Positions 38,619-49,543 of a stretch of 64,000 nucleotides of DNA are shown here, one piece after another. Numbering within the stretch: the stretch's first letter is position 1; the number at the start of each line of letters is the position of its first letter. Below the pieces are notes generated by a model. That model did not search any database, was not told the DNA's origin, and saw only the letters and a program-made list of their open reading frames with translations. The position numbers and the translations under genes were made by a program. Source of the DNA: an uncultured Spirochaetota bacterium. Its GTDB lineage: Bacteria > Spirochaetota > Brevinematia > Brevinematales > JAOACQ01. The stretch covers positions 256,001 through 320,000 of the forward strand of contig CAWIGG010000004.1 in assembly GCA_963835575.1 (NCBI GenBank), read 5' to 3'.

Positions 38619-40694
38619 TTACATGACAATATTAATGATCCCAATCTGGTCCAGCGTATAATTAGTCGGTATCTCGGAATATGATAAAACCCCGATAGTC
38701 GGGAAAGATCTTTCTATGAGTTCCCTTACCAGCCTCCGTATCTTCTGGGAAGAAAGAATGACCGGCTGACGGCCTGTTTTAATGACTCCTTCTATAACCT
38801 GGCTCGCTTCCGTAATAAATCTATTGACGACTTCCGGCTCGAGTGTCGAAACAAGGCCCTGGGGCGTTTCATGGATCGAATCGGTAAAGATCTGCTCAAG
38901 CTCCGGATCTATAACAATGGCCCTGAGGCTGTTTGTTTCATCCACATAATTTGACGAGATCTGCTTGCCGAGGGCCTGCCGCACATATTCAGTAATCAGA
39001 TCAATATTCTTGATGCTCCCGCCGTAATCCGAGATTGTTTCCAGGATCGTCAGCATATTTCTGATCTTAACGCCTTCCTTAAGCAGATTCTGGAGCACTT
39101 TCTGTATCTCCCCGACGCTGGAATGCTTTAACGCTTCTTCAGTCACGACAGGATATTCCTTTTGAAGCGCGTCAATCATCGATTTTACATCCTGCCTTGT
39201 CAAAAGCTCTCCGGCGTTCTTTTTGATAATTTCGGTAATATGGGTCGCTATAACCGACGGCGGGTCAAAAATATCAAACCCAAGGGATTCCGCCTTTGCC
39301 CTTTCCTCATTTGCGATCCACTTGGCATCCAGCCCGAATGCCGGCTCCTTAACCTCGATGCCCTCAATCTGCTTTAAATCCAGCTTGGGATTCATTGCCA
39401 GAAAGCGGTTTACATAGATTTTCCCGCGGGCTACTTCCGAGCCCCTTATTTTTAAAATATACTCCGCCGCATCAATCCCCACGTTATCTATGATCCGGAT
39501 CGGGGGCACAAGAATACCCAGGTCAAGCCCGATACGCCGCCGGATAAGTTTTATCCTGTCCAGCAGGTCGCCCCCTTGTTCTTTGTCAACCAGCGGAATG
39601 AGATTGTATCCGATCTCGAGGTTCATCGGGTCTATCCTGACAATATCCTCAACCGTTGTTGTCTGATCCGTTGCCTGCTTTGATTTTGAGCTTTCCACTT
39701 CCTTTTTCTTTGTATTAGCACGGATGGAAGCACTCATTGAATAACCAATACCTAATAATAATCCGCCTATCGCAAGATTTGTGATTATCGGGAAACCCGG
39801 CAGGAAACCCAGGAATGCTATAAAACTGCCGGCTATGTACAGGACTTTCGGCGCTATGCCGATCTGGGTCACCACATCCCTTCCGAATTTCTCTCTCGAA
39901 GCCGTCCTTGTCACTATTATACCTGTTGCTGTCGCCACCAGAAGGGAAGGTATCTGCGAAATAAGTCCATCTCCAACCGTCAGAAGTGTGTAAGTTTGCG
40001 CGGCTGTACCTATATCTTCACCGCGAATAACAACACCGGTTATCAAACCGACAATGATATTGACAAGCGTAATCACAAAGGCGACTTTCACATTACCGGA
40101 AACAAATTTGGACAAACCGTCCATGGCTCCGTAAAAATCCGCTTCCAGCCTGATCTCGTCCCTTCTTTTACGCGCTTCATCCTCTGTTATCAAACCGGCA
40201 TTTAAATCCTCGTTTATAGAAAGCTGTTTGCCGGGAAGCGCATCAAGCGTAAAACGCGCAGCGACTTCTGAAACACGCGAAGCGCCTTTTGTGATGACAA
40301 GGAACTGTATTGCTATTAAAACAATGAATATGGTAATACCAACTATATAATTGCCGCCGACAACAAATTCACCGAACGCCCTGATAACCCTGCCGTCAAA
40401 AGCAGCCCCCAGCGTCAGAATCAGACGCGTCGCCGAGACATTCAGCCCCAGGCCGAAAATAGTTGTCAGGAGAATCAGCGAAGGAAAAGCGGAAAAGTCG
40501 GACGGTTTCTTGACATACATTGTGCTGAGAATAATCATTATGGAAATGGCCAGATTTATAATGAGCAGTATATCCAGGACAAATGTTGGGATCGGAATGA
40601 TCAGCATCATGACAACCACAATAAGGGAAATCGCCACAAAAATATCAACATTATCCTTGAGCCTGATCAAACCCTGCCCGGGTGTTGCCGCCAT
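38619..40694 (-). CDS. flhA: Flagellar export protein FlhA
   Basis: FSAFPSLIL, RVSEVAARFTLDALPGKQ, ADFYGAMDG, GDGLISQIP. Confidence 0.97.
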   Translation of the reverse strand: MAATPGQGLIRLKDNVDIFVAISLIVVVMMLIIPIPTFVLDILLIINLAISIMIILSTMYVKKPSDFSAFPSLILLTTIFGLGLNVSATRLILTLGAAFDGRVIRAFGEFVVGGNYIVGITIFIVLIAIQFLVITKGASRVSEVAARFTLDALPGKQLSINEDLNAGLITEDEARKRRDEIRLEADFYGAMDGLSKFVSGNVKVAFVITLVNIIVGLITGVVIRGEDIGTAAQTYTLLTVGDGLISQIPSLLVATATGIIVTRTASREKFGRDVVTQIGIAPKVLYIAGSFIAFLGFLPGFPIITNLAIGGLLLGIGYSMSASIRANTKKKEVESSKSKQATDQTTTVEDIVRIDPMNLEIGYNLIPLVDKEQGGDLLDRIKLIRRRIGLDLGILVPPIRIIDNVGIDAAEYILKIRGSEVARGKIYVNRFLAMNPKLDLKQIEGIEVKEPAFGLDAKWIANEERAKAESLGFDIFDPPSVIATHITEIIKKNAGELLTRQDVKSMIDALQKEYPVVTEEALKHSSVGEIQKVLQNLLKEGVKIRNMLTILETISDYGGSIKNIDLITEYVRQALGKQISSNYVDETNSLRAIVIDPELEQIFTDSIHETPQGLVSTLEPEVVNRFITEASQVIEGVIKTGRQPVILSSQKIRRLVRELIERSFPTIGVLSYSEIPTNYTLDQIGIINIVM

Positions 40695-40708
40695 ACTTTA
40701 ATCCTCCG

Positions 40709-41875
40709 CTATGCCGCCACGCTCTCGCGCATCTGATAAACGAGAGAGAGCACTTTCGCCACAGCCATAAAAAGCTCCGCCGGTATTTCCTGGCCGACCT
40801 CGACTTTTTTATAAATCTCTCTTGCCAGCGGTTTATTTTCTATTACATAAACATTATTATCCTTTGCGATCTGCTTGATCCTTTCGGCAATCGGGCCTTC
40901 GCCTTTCGCTATAACAAGCGGCGCGTTCATAAAGCTCGGTTCATATTTCAAAGCCACGGCTATATGCGTCGGGTTGGTTATGACCACGTCCGCCTTCGGT
41001 ATTTCCTGGATCATCTTGCGCGATAGAAGTCTTCTTTCCAGTTCACGGATCTTCGCCTTTATTTCAGGGTCTCCTTCCATTTCCTTAAACTCTTCCTTGA
41101 TTTCCTGTTTGGTCATCCTTAATGATTCAATATAAATCCAGCGCTGAAAAGCGTAATCCCCGACGGCGAAAATAAGCAGGAGAATCCCTGAAAAACTGAC
41201 AAACTGGAACATGATCGACCAGATCAGTTTAAAAGCGTCCAGAACATCCATCCTGGCGATTGAGATCATCTCCGAGAGCCTCTGATTTATAATAATAAAA
41301 GCAATGACAAAAACACCAGTCACTTTCAGGATCGACTTAGCAAGATTAAAGATCGCTTCTCTTGACCAGAACATCTTGATAAAATTGGGGCCGATATTTG
41401 AGAAAATCTTGCCGATATTAAAATTGATCTTTTTTGTCGAAAATACAATCCCGCCCTGGATAAGACTTCCGGCGACCGCCGCCACAACACCGACAAGCAT
41501 CAGAGGCAGGACGCTGGAAGAGGAAAGCCAGAGCATATCAAGAAAGAACGGCATGACGCTGTTGACGCTTACTTTTATAGTGAGAAGATTTTCAACATAG
41601 TAGCGCATGATCCGGATGAGGGAATTAAAAATAAACCCGCCGATAATGCATACGGTCCAGAAACCCATCAAAAAAACTATGATCGCGGTGAGTTCCTGCG
41701 ACCGCGGGATATTTCCTTCCTCACGGGCTTTCCGCTTTTTATATTCTGTGGGTTCTTCGGTTCTTCCCTCATCTTCAGCGGCAAAAAGCTGCAGGTCAAA
41801 TTCAAAGTTATTTAAGTATGCCTCATCATAAAGCATCAGCCATTTTAATTTTTCACTATATATCATAATCCTCAT
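40709..41875 (-). CDS. flhB: Flagellar export protein FlhB
   Basis: RTEEPT, EMEGDP, autocleavage motif VITNPTH. Confidence 0.96.
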   Translation of the reverse strand: MRIMIYSEKLKWLMLYDEAYLNNFEFDLQLFAAEDEGRTEEPTEYKKRKAREEGNIPRSQELTAIIVFLMGFWTVCIIGGFIFNSLIRIMRYYVENLLTIKVSVNSVMPFFLDMLWLSSSSVLPLMLVGVVAAVAGSLIQGGIVFSTKKINFNIGKIFSNIGPNFIKMFWSREAIFNLAKSILKVTGVFVIAFIIINQRLSEMISIARMDVLDAFKLIWSIMFQFVSFSGILLLIFAVGDYAFQRWIYIESLRMTKQEIKEEFKEMEGDPEIKAKIRELERRLLSRKMIQEIPKADVVITNPTHIAVALKYEPSFMNAPLVIAKGEGPIAERIKQIAKDNNVYVIENKPLAREIYKKVEVGQEIPAELFMAVAKVLSLVYQMRESVAA

Positions 41876-41878
41876 CCA

Positions 41879-42661
41879 TTACGTCGCTTTAATATACCTA
41901 ATCAGTTCCGATGTTTCTTTCAGCATATTATTTATAACACTCCCTCCCAGATCCACAAGCGAAGGCAGTAAAAGCCAGATAACGAAAAACCCTATAAAAA
42001 GCTTTAAATTAAAGCCCATGATCATAACATTAAACTGCGGCGCAACCCTTGATATAATACCCATTGCCATATCCATTAAAATGGTCACCCCGATGATGGG
42101 CAATGAAACTTTAAGACCGATATCAAACATGGTCATAACCGCAGAAACAAAACCCTTCATCAAAACCCCGAATGACTGCAGGGTTAATACCTGCGCTGTT
42201 TTAAAACTGTCCACCATTAACTGGAGCATAAAGAAATGGGCGTCAACCCTCAAAAGCAGCAGTAAAATAAGGACTCCAAACACATTGCCGATGGCCGGTA
42301 CCTGTGTCTCAGAAATCGGGTCAAACACTTCATTCATTCCAAGGCCCATCTGAATGCTGAATATCTGCGCCGAAACCTGAAAAGATGAAACAATGATATA
42401 GATAAACAAACCAATTCCCGCCCCAAAAACAAAACTTGTGAGTGTCTTAATACCGAAATCCATCAAATCGGCCGGTAATTTGACGCCCATTCCTATAACC
42501 AGAGGAACAGCAATCAGGCTTGTAAAAAAGCCCAGCGCCAGCTTGAAGCGCATAGGCATGGCAAGGCCGGAGAAAAAAGGCGCAGTGACAAACAAACCGA
42601 TCATCCTCACCAGAATAATGAGGAACAGCTCAAAATATTTTACAACATACTCATAAAGCAT
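41879..42661 (-). CDS. fliR: Flagellar export protein FliR
   Basis: RMIGLFVTAPFF, QMGLG..FDP, RVAPQFNV. Confidence 0.93.
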   Translation of the reverse strand: MLYEYVVKYFELFLIILVRMIGLFVTAPFFSGLAMPMRFKLALGFFTSLIAVPLVIGMGVKLPADLMDFGIKTLTSFVFGAGIGLFIYIIVSSFQVSAQIFSIQMGLGMNEVFDPISETQVPAIGNVFGVLILLLLLRVDAHFFMLQLMVDSFKTAQVLTLQSFGVLMKGFVSAVMTMFDIGLKVSLPIIGVTILMDMAMGIISRVAPQFNVMIMGFNLKLFIGFFVIWLLLPSLVDLGGSVINNMLKETSELIRYIKAT

Positions 42662-42698
42662 ACTAAATTATTTCCTCTCAATGCCCTGCCTGCCCCCT

Positions 42699-42968
42699 CT
42701 ATATTTTAGCCCTCGCGATCAAATCAAAAAGATTTTTTGTAAAGTCCACCATATTATTCACAAAAAAAGGCCCTGCGACTACCATCAGGAGAAGTATGAC
42801 AATCATTTTGGGCACAAATGTCAGCGTCTGCTCCTGGATCGAAGTCGTCGCCTGGAAAATACTGACTATAAGCCCCACAACCATGGCGGCCCCCAGGAGG
42901 GGCACGCTCAGGATAAGTATCTCATACATGGTCTGGTTCAGGATGCTTAAAACCAATCCCTGGCTCAT
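42699..42968 (-). CDS. fliQ: Flagellar export protein FliQ
   Basis: FQATTSIQEQTLTFVPK. Confidence 0.95.
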   Translation of the reverse strand: MSQGLVLSILNQTMYEILILSVPLLGAAMVVGLIVSIFQATTSIQEQTLTFVPKMIVILLLMVVAGPFFVNNMVDFTKNLFDLIARAKI

Positions 42969-42978
42969 ACTTCCTCTC

Positions 42979-43746
42979 CTATGTCCTGAAGCTTAAAATC
43001 AGTTTTTCCACCAACAGGTCCCAGCCGTCTACAAGGAAGAACAATAAAATCTTCAAAGGGAATGATATCATGATCGGGGGCAGCATCATCATTCCCATCG
43101 ACATCAAAACGCTTGCAACAACAACATCAATGATCGTAAAAGGAATCAGTATCAGCATGCCCATGTAAAAAGACAGGGTCAATTCATTTAAAATAAAAGC
43201 GGGTATCAGCACATAAGTCGGCACATCTTCCGGCCCTTTGGGCCTTTCAACCTTGGACATTTTTATAAACCGGTAAATATATCTTTCCGCTGTTTGATGG
43301 AACATAAATTCCCTGACCGGCTGAATCGCCTTGGTAAAACCGTCATTGAGCGTCATCTTTCCATCCAGATAAGGCCTCACGCCCTCCTGGTATGACCTGT
43401 TAAACACCGGGAACATAACAAACAGGCTGATAAATAGGGAAAGGCTGATAATGATCTGGTTAGGGGGAATATTCTGAGTGGCCAGGCCTCTGCTGACAAA
43501 AGAAAGAACAATGAAAATACGGACAAAACTTGTTAATACAATCAGTAAGGTCGGGGCCAGGCTGATGACTGTGATAAGGAACAATACCTGAAGTGATAAC
43601 GCAACCTGCCTGGGCGTTTTGGCCTCTTGAATGTTAAAATTAAGCGTCGGGATCGGTATATTCTGACCGGCTCCCGTCTGTTGAGCGTTTACAGGCGCTG
43701 TGAATAAGAAAAAGGAGAATAGAAAAAACACCGCACTTTTATTCAC
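42979..43746 (-). CDS. fliP: Flagellar export protein FliP
   Basis: TSFVRI, PPNQI, LIPAF, MGMMMLPP, LVDGW. GTG start at 43746 with a GGGAGG RBS and a signal peptide. Confidence 0.95.
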   Translation of the reverse strand: MNKSAVFFLFSFFLFTAPVNAQQTGAGQNIPIPTLNFNIQEAKTPRQVALSLQVLFLITVISLAPTLLIVLTSFVRIFIVLSFVSRGLATQNIPPNQIIISLSLFISLFVMFPVFNRSYQEGVRPYLDGKMTLNDGFTKAIQPVREFMFHQTAERYIYRFIKMSKVERPKGPEDVPTYVLIPAFILNELTLSFYMGMLILIPFTIIDVVVASVLMSMGMMMLPPIMISFPLKILLFFLVDGWDLLVEKLILSFRT

Positions 43747-44150
43747 AAATCCCCTCCCAATCCTGCAAACCCAAAAAGCACAGGCAGTGCGTAAATGTGC
43801 AAAACAAAGCATATAGTAGAATTTTTACTACTACTACATTATATTATTACTTATGTCAAAAAAAAATGCAAGGGTTTTGCAAGAAATATTTTTAATGAAA
43901 ATATTGGGGCGAAAGGAGATAAAGAGGGAGAGGTTTTTATGTAGAAACAGGTTCAAAGAGCGATTTTGAGAAAATTTAAAACTTTTTATCAAATTCTATC
44001 AAAGAGTCCTTTTTGCAACTCATTTTATTATATAGAATTAAGAAATTTGCCGTATCATCATTAAAAACCCCCGCCTCCATTAGAAAACAGACAGACATGC
44101 TCCGCAGGGGACAGGGAATATTTATGATATTCAATCTGTATGGAATTATT

Positions 44151-45116
44151 TCATTTAAATTGAATATTTTTTATATAAAGTTTTCCTGAAACAGCGGATA
44201 TCGGCTCAAAACGGATGCACTTGATCTTTGTGAAATCCACTCCGGAAAACTAGCTCAAACTGACTGTACAATTTGTGTATGAGCTTGCCGGAATACCAGC
44301 AACCGTGTTTGTTTTAGTTGAAGTTCCATCGGTAAAATAACGTCCACACTGCCGGTATCACACTGTATGCTGAATATAACGCTTGTGTAAGCAGATATAT
44401 TAACGACAGTGCTGTAATCCTCGGCAGTTTTGTTCAATATGAAACCCAGTCCATTAGCATTGGCTCCGTTATTATAGTCTAGCTCGTCATTATATATTGT
44501 TTTACTTAATGATGTATTTGCATACCACATAACTGTTCAATCCTGCTATCCTGTTTGTTGCAGAACTGCCGGTATTATAGAAAAAAATATTTGAAATTGA
44601 AAAACTATATGGATTGCCTGCTGTATGAAATAGAACTATATTTGTAATCTTAGTGCTGTCATAACCAGAACCAGGAACAAAGCTGCCTAACGCAATTTCA
44701 TAACTTGCAAAACCTGTTGTGTTGATTTGAAAATTAGAATATGCATTAGTAGTACCTAAAGCATCATTGCATAAATTAATTCCACCGTATCCTAACTGTG
44801 AACTCTTAATCTCAAAGTGAATACGATTAAATGGTGTTAAATCCAGGCCTAGACAGGAACCGTTAGAATATTTGTCAATATATTTAGTCAAACCAGCATA
44901 TGTATTAGTAGTTGAGTTGAAATTCAATCCCTGCTAAACATAGCAATGGTAATTTGCCGGATAAGAATAAATTTTATCACCTGTTACATAGTAAGTGTTG
45001 TCAACCGGGCCCGAAGAAGAACTGGATCCTGAGCTCGATGGGCCGTTTTGGCACCCCGACAGCAGGACCGCCGCCAGAGAGCACAGCAACAAACTAATTA
45101 ATGATTTCTTCATCAT
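44151..45116 (-). pseudogene. Disrupted lipoprotein with two carbohydrate-binding-module-like domains
   Basis: AAGGAGG RBS, LLSG-C lipobox and Ser-rich linker. In-frame TAG at 44936-44934, frameshifts near 44525 and 44340, second TAG at 44252-44250. Both domains end in a D.TKI..I.F...I.NI.F pattern. Final TGA at 44153-44151. Confidence 0.75.
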
Positions 45117-45347
45117 ATGCCTCCTTTATTTTACTATCCAGAATACATTTATAAATAATATACCTCTGGAGTTCAATAAAATTGCAATGCAAGTCAAAAT
45201 AAATTCTCATAGAAATCCCGAATGATAAAAAAGTTGATCTTGAATAATAAGTTGATTGAAAGTTTTATTTTATCCGAGAGGCCTCTTCAGAAGAAAAGAC
45301 AGGCAACCGGAATTTATATAATTTACCGAAAAGATTTATTCCTTAAA

Positions 45348-46198
45348 CTAAACCATTTCCTTTTCAAATATTTCTTTCCAGGGTATGCCTGGGCTGAGCG
45401 TACCCGATTCTAAATGCGTTCCGACAGCCGGTACCGGCACCCAGAGCCTCCATTTTTTCCCAAAAAGATTCTGCTTCCAGCAATGTATCCAGGAATTCTT
45501 GATCATTCCCAAAAACAACTTTTCACCGCCCAGCCAGCGGAAAAAATAACGTAAAACAGCAAATGGATTAAGTATATGGCTTTTAGTCAGGCTGATCCAG
45601 ACGGCATTGTCCAGATTTCCTTTAAAATAGGTCATAAACACATTTTTTGTCTTCGCAAGAACTTTCTTTGAGGTTAGAAACGTGAGGCAGGTCGTCGCAG
45701 CGGTCTGCCAATGTTTATTCCCGTAAAACAGGATGTTTTTATTCAGGGTCACATGAAAATCCATAAAATAATAATCATTATGGTCGTACGGAGTAACAAA
45801 GTGCGCTTCTGGACAATTCTTCGCAAAAAGCACCATCTGTTCAAACTCATCAGGCAGATAAAAATAATCATCTTCGGCAAAATACACTAATTCCGAATAT
45901 TTCTGTTTGAGAAGAAGCTCAATCTGCATTTTGAAAGTTCCATGATTGCCGCAATGATCCAGACTGATCAGATCCAATTCTTCAGATGTGAAATATTTTT
46001 TAAATAAACTCATATATTCCGGCGGACAGGAATCCAGCAGAACAATCATTTTGACTTTCAAACTTCCCAGGGACCTGCGGAGAGATTTTAAACAGAACTC
46101 GGACAATTTGAGCTTATCCTTGGGATAGACTTCCGGTGTTTTTGATACTTTGGGATATATTCTATAGGCTATGGTAATGTCTCTTTTTTTTCTGACAT
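45348..46198 (-). pseudogene. Glycosyltransferase (GT-A-like), frameshifted in an A8 tract after codon 2 (phase-off or sequencing indel)
   Basis: ATG 46198 has an AAGGAG RBS but reads ATG TCA GAA AAA AAA GAG ACA TTA CCA TAG. One extra A restores MSEKKRDITIAYRIYPKVSK..., in frame with the 252-aa ORF containing YFAEDDY. Confidence 0.7.
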
Positions 46199-46255
46199 AA
46201 ACGGCTCCTTATTAAATTATAAATAGTAAAACTATTCCCTGAGACACATCGTCCA

Positions 46256-47719
46256 TCAGCCTTTAAGCTGGGCATTCAAACCCTGGATTTTTCTTATAAT
46301 CATAATTGCAAAAACATCCCTTCTGAATAATAAAAATAATCCGTAAGTCAGCAAAGTGAAGACACCGGCCGTCCCCAGAATAATAAAAGGATTCATGCTG
46401 ATCAAACGGGCCAGGATGACGCCGGCAATGACAAATAAAATGCCGGCGAAGTAATTGAAGCTCATAGGATTAATGAACCGGAAATTCAAGTATTTCCTGC
46501 CCAGATAAAGCTGGCTGAAGAAAACCGCCGTTTCCGAGATGAGAATGGCAATAGCGGTCCCATTCTGCTGAAAACGGGGAATGAGCAGCAGATTGCAGGT
46601 CAAATTCACAACGGCCCCGATACAATTTGAGATCAGCATCTTTTTTTCCTGGCTGTTCGGAATCAGCACCTGGAAACCCAGGAATGAATCCAGACTGGTA
46701 ATAAGCAGGATCGGACAGATGAGCATCAGGGAAAGCGACCCGCCGATGAATTTATCTCCGCCGAAAACACTGAGTATTTCATTGGATAATAACAATATCG
46801 CCGTAATCGCCGGAATTGACAGAAAGTATATAAAATTGATGGATTTCTCCGCCAGATCCCGGTAATCCTTTGAACGGTTGTTTTTTATATAATAGGACAG
46901 CCGGGGCACAAGCACTGTTCCCAGAGATACCACAAATGTTATCGCCAGCGTAGTGAGCTTCCTATCCATCACATAGTAGCCGACAGCTTTATCATTGCTC
47001 ATAAAACCGAGCAGCGTTGTATCCAGAATATTATAGACGCTCCCGACAATTCCGGTCAGTATTAAAAAAAGCAGGGGTTTGAAATGCTTTCTGAATTCAA
47101 GGCTTTTCAATTTCAAATCCGCATATTTGCCTACCATAAGCATGTTCCATATATTAGAACCGCTCAAGGCCAGCACCAGTATTCCCGCATACCAGACATA
47201 ATCGGCCGCTTTATGGATACACAGGAATATCAGTATAAATGAGACCAATTTAAAAACCAGGCTGCGTACAGTTATGAAACCATAATTTTCCATCCCCTGA
47301 TAAAACCAGTCAATTGAAAACGCCGTTAAAATTATGTTGACGCCAAAGACAATATAAAGAGATAGTTCGGAGCGCATTTTTTCCACAAATAAAAACATTC
47401 CCGCATACATTGTCAAAGAAACAAGTGTCGAAGCCAGCCCGATCATAAAAAGACTTGAAAAAACACGGCTTCGCGCCGGCCGGTCTTCCCGGTAAAACGC
47501 TATTTCACGGGTCCCATAAAGCGGTATCCCGAATGTTGCAAGCATAATAAAGTAATTGGAAATTGAATTAGCCAGGCCGAATTTCCCCAGTCCTTCCGGG
47601 CCGATTATCCTGGATATATAAGGAAAAGTAACCAATGGAAAAAGGATATTCATAACAGTCAATAATGTATTGAATATATAATTCCGGCTGATGGAAGGCT
47701 GTTTTTTACTGCTGATCAT
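46256..47719 (-). CDS. wzx: Wzx-type oligosaccharide flippase (MATE/MOP superfamily)
   Basis: FPLVTFPYISRIIGPEGLG, FGIPLYGTREIA, DWFYQGMENY, VLVPRLSY; about 12-14 TM segments. Confidence 0.88.
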   Translation of the reverse strand: MISSKKQPSISRNYIFNTLLTVMNILFPLVTFPYISRIIGPEGLGKFGLANSISNYFIMLATFGIPLYGTREIAFYREDRPARSRVFSSLFMIGLASTLVSLTMYAGMFLFVEKMRSELSLYIVFGVNIILTAFSIDWFYQGMENYGFITVRSLVFKLVSFILIFLCIHKAADYVWYAGILVLALSGSNIWNMLMVGKYADLKLKSLEFRKHFKPLLFLILTGIVGSVYNILDTTLLGFMSNDKAVGYYVMDRKLTTLAITFVVSLGTVLVPRLSYYIKNNRSKDYRDLAEKSINFIYFLSIPAITAILLLSNEILSVFGGDKFIGGSLSLMLICPILLITSLDSFLGFQVLIPNSQEKKMLISNCIGAVVNLTCNLLLIPRFQQNGTAIAILISETAVFFSQLYLGRKYLNFRFINPMSFNYFAGILFVIAGVILARLISMNPFIILGTAGVFTLLTYGLFLLFRRDVFAIMIIRKIQGLNAQLKG

Positions 47720-48528
47720 ACATTTTTCCTAATTGTAATATAAATCAGAAATACCCTGCGCATAAGCCATTTTTTTGTCCTTTCCCATAAGCTGATTTTT
47801 TTGGGATGGCTCATCTCTTTTGAATCGGGATGGATGTAGACAGCTTTTTTATACACAATCCTGAATTTCGAATGAGTCCGCATATAGCTATCCACCCTGC
47901 TTTCATAGATTCGGTTTATATAAACCAGCAGATATCTCAGGCTCATCAGATGAAAATAACGGTAGATTGGCCTGTAAAAATCCGCTTTTCTACCCAGATA
48001 TATCTGATCTGAAAACCCATAACCGATCAGGAAATCCCCGGTTTCCTGAAAAGATTCCTTTCTGCAATCATCCAAATTTTTCGTCCAGGCTGGACAGGCG
48101 GTAAAATAACTTGTTTCTCTCTCCATTTCTATTATCGAGGGAGAAATCCAGTCTGTTTTCTTCGCCAGAGCAATATCGCTGTCCCAGTGCAGAAAATATT
48201 CCGAACGGCACACCTGGAGCATAACATATTCCCAATCGGAGTACCAGGGAATCCTACCCAGTTCTTTTTTTTTCAACCCTACTTTTTTAAGCGCCGTCTC
48301 TATATGATCTTCAACAAAATAAAAGTCATTAATAACTTTTTTCCTCACAATTTTTTCCGCCAGTTTAGAAACCGCCATCCGGTCGCTTACATTGCCGATG
48401 ACGACAAAAACATTCTTGAATGAAAACCTGTTCCTGTCTATTATGTTTTTTATAAAATCCGGGTCTAAAACTTTCCTGTAAGTTTTTTCATAGCAGTTTA
48501 TAATCAGATCCACATCATAGCGGCTCAT
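47716..48528 (-). CDS. Putative glycosyltransferase-like protein of the polysaccharide cluster
   Basis: DxD motif LHWDSD; ATGA overlap with wzx. Start at ATG 48528 (ORF track 48564). Confidence 0.55.
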   Translation of the reverse strand: MSRYDVDLIINCYEKTYRKVLDPDFIKNIIDRNRFSFKNVFVVIGNVSDRMAVSKLAEKIVRKKVINDFYFVEDHIETALKKVGLKKKELGRIPWYSDWEYVMLQVCRSEYFLHWDSDIALAKKTDWISPSIIEMERETSYFTACPAWTKNLDDCRKESFQETGDFLIGYGFSDQIYLGRKADFYRPIYRYFHLMSLRYLLVYINRIYESRVDSYMRTHSKFRIVYKKAVYIHPDSKEMSHPKKISLWERTKKWLMRRVFLIYITIRKNV

Positions 48529-48907
48529 TTTTAATTCACCATCCTCTAAACGAAAATTTATCATTTATTTTATTGAAAAAACAAAACCCCGGCGCATATT
48601 TTAATGCTAAAGGAAAAAATCTGTCAAAAAAAGAGGTTTTTACAGATTTAGTTCTTTATTGCCTGAATAGAACTTAAGAAAATTTTAATAACTATAATCT
48701 GCAAAAAACAGCCGCCCAATTACATGGAACAGTACAGAATTCAAGTTTTTTGTGTTTTCAGGGGGAAAGTTTTTCATCCAGCGGATCATCTATTTTTGCG
48801 TCCTTTAAAGATTCCTGATCAGCTTAAGAATGCAGCCGAATAATCACAAAGCAATAATAAATTGAGCTAAATTTAAAATGACCGCTTTTCTCTGTTATTA
48901 TATTTTT

Positions 48908-49543
48908 TTATATTTCGCGGATCACAGCCCGGGCCGGCGCTCCGTCGCTGTTTAGAATCCTCAAGGGAAGACAGATCATTTCATAATTGCCGGCCTTAAT
49001 CCCGCATAAATTCAAACCCTCGATGATCCAGACCCCGGTTTTTAAAAGCGCTTGATGTGTTTCCAGACTTTCCTTTTCAAACCCTCCGACAGATAGATAA
49101 TCTATCCCGATGACTCGGACTTTGATTCGGGCCAGATATTCCGCAGCTTCTTTTGAGACATAAACAAAATCTTCCACAAACCTGTTTTTCTTCCAGCATC
49201 TTCCGGAATTCAATGTCTTGAATAAAATCCGTTCGCCTTTTCCGATTTTATGCTTTTTGAGCTCAGAGGGTATAATTGATTTTCTGTTATTAATCTCGAT
49301 CACCCTTGCCGGACCTATTACCGCTTCCAGCGGCAGCTTATCCAGGCTTTTGCCTTTTTTTAGAAAATGCAAGGGCGGATCCATATGGGTCCCGGTATGC
49401 GAACACATTGAGATAAGAGAAACATTGCATGGAGAACCTTTTTTAATATCCCATATCCGCTCGCTGTAGAAATCCTGGTCGCCCGGCCAATGGACCATGT
49501 CGTTATAAAGCGGAACACTGATATCTTTCCACTCCCGGCTCAT
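48908..49543 (-). CDS. Cyclase-family protein (kynurenine formamidase-like)
   Basis: DISVPL, WPGD, HTGTHMDPPLH, GIDYLSV, THQALL, IIEGL, DGAPARA. Confidence 0.9.
   Translation of the reverse strand: MSREWKDISVPLYNDMVHWPGDQDFYSERIWDIKKGSPCNVSLISMCSHTGTHMDPPLHFLKKGKSLDKLPLEAVIGPARVIEINNRKSIIPSELKKHKIGKGERILFKTLNSGRCWKKNRFVEDFVYVSKEAAEYLARIKVRVIGIDYLSVGGFEKESLETHQALLKTGVWIIEGLNLCGIKAGNYEMICLPLRILNSDGAPARAVIREI

Noticed and set aside
44250..44936. Two in-frame TAG codons suggesting stop-codon reassignment or pyrrolysine
   Set aside because: dnaB, greA, purD, fliP and eno end normally at TAG, and the same gene also has two frameshifts, so decay is the simpler explanation.
44151..45116. Diversity-generating retroelement target
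   Set aside because: No reverse transcriptase and no template/variable repeat pair in the window.
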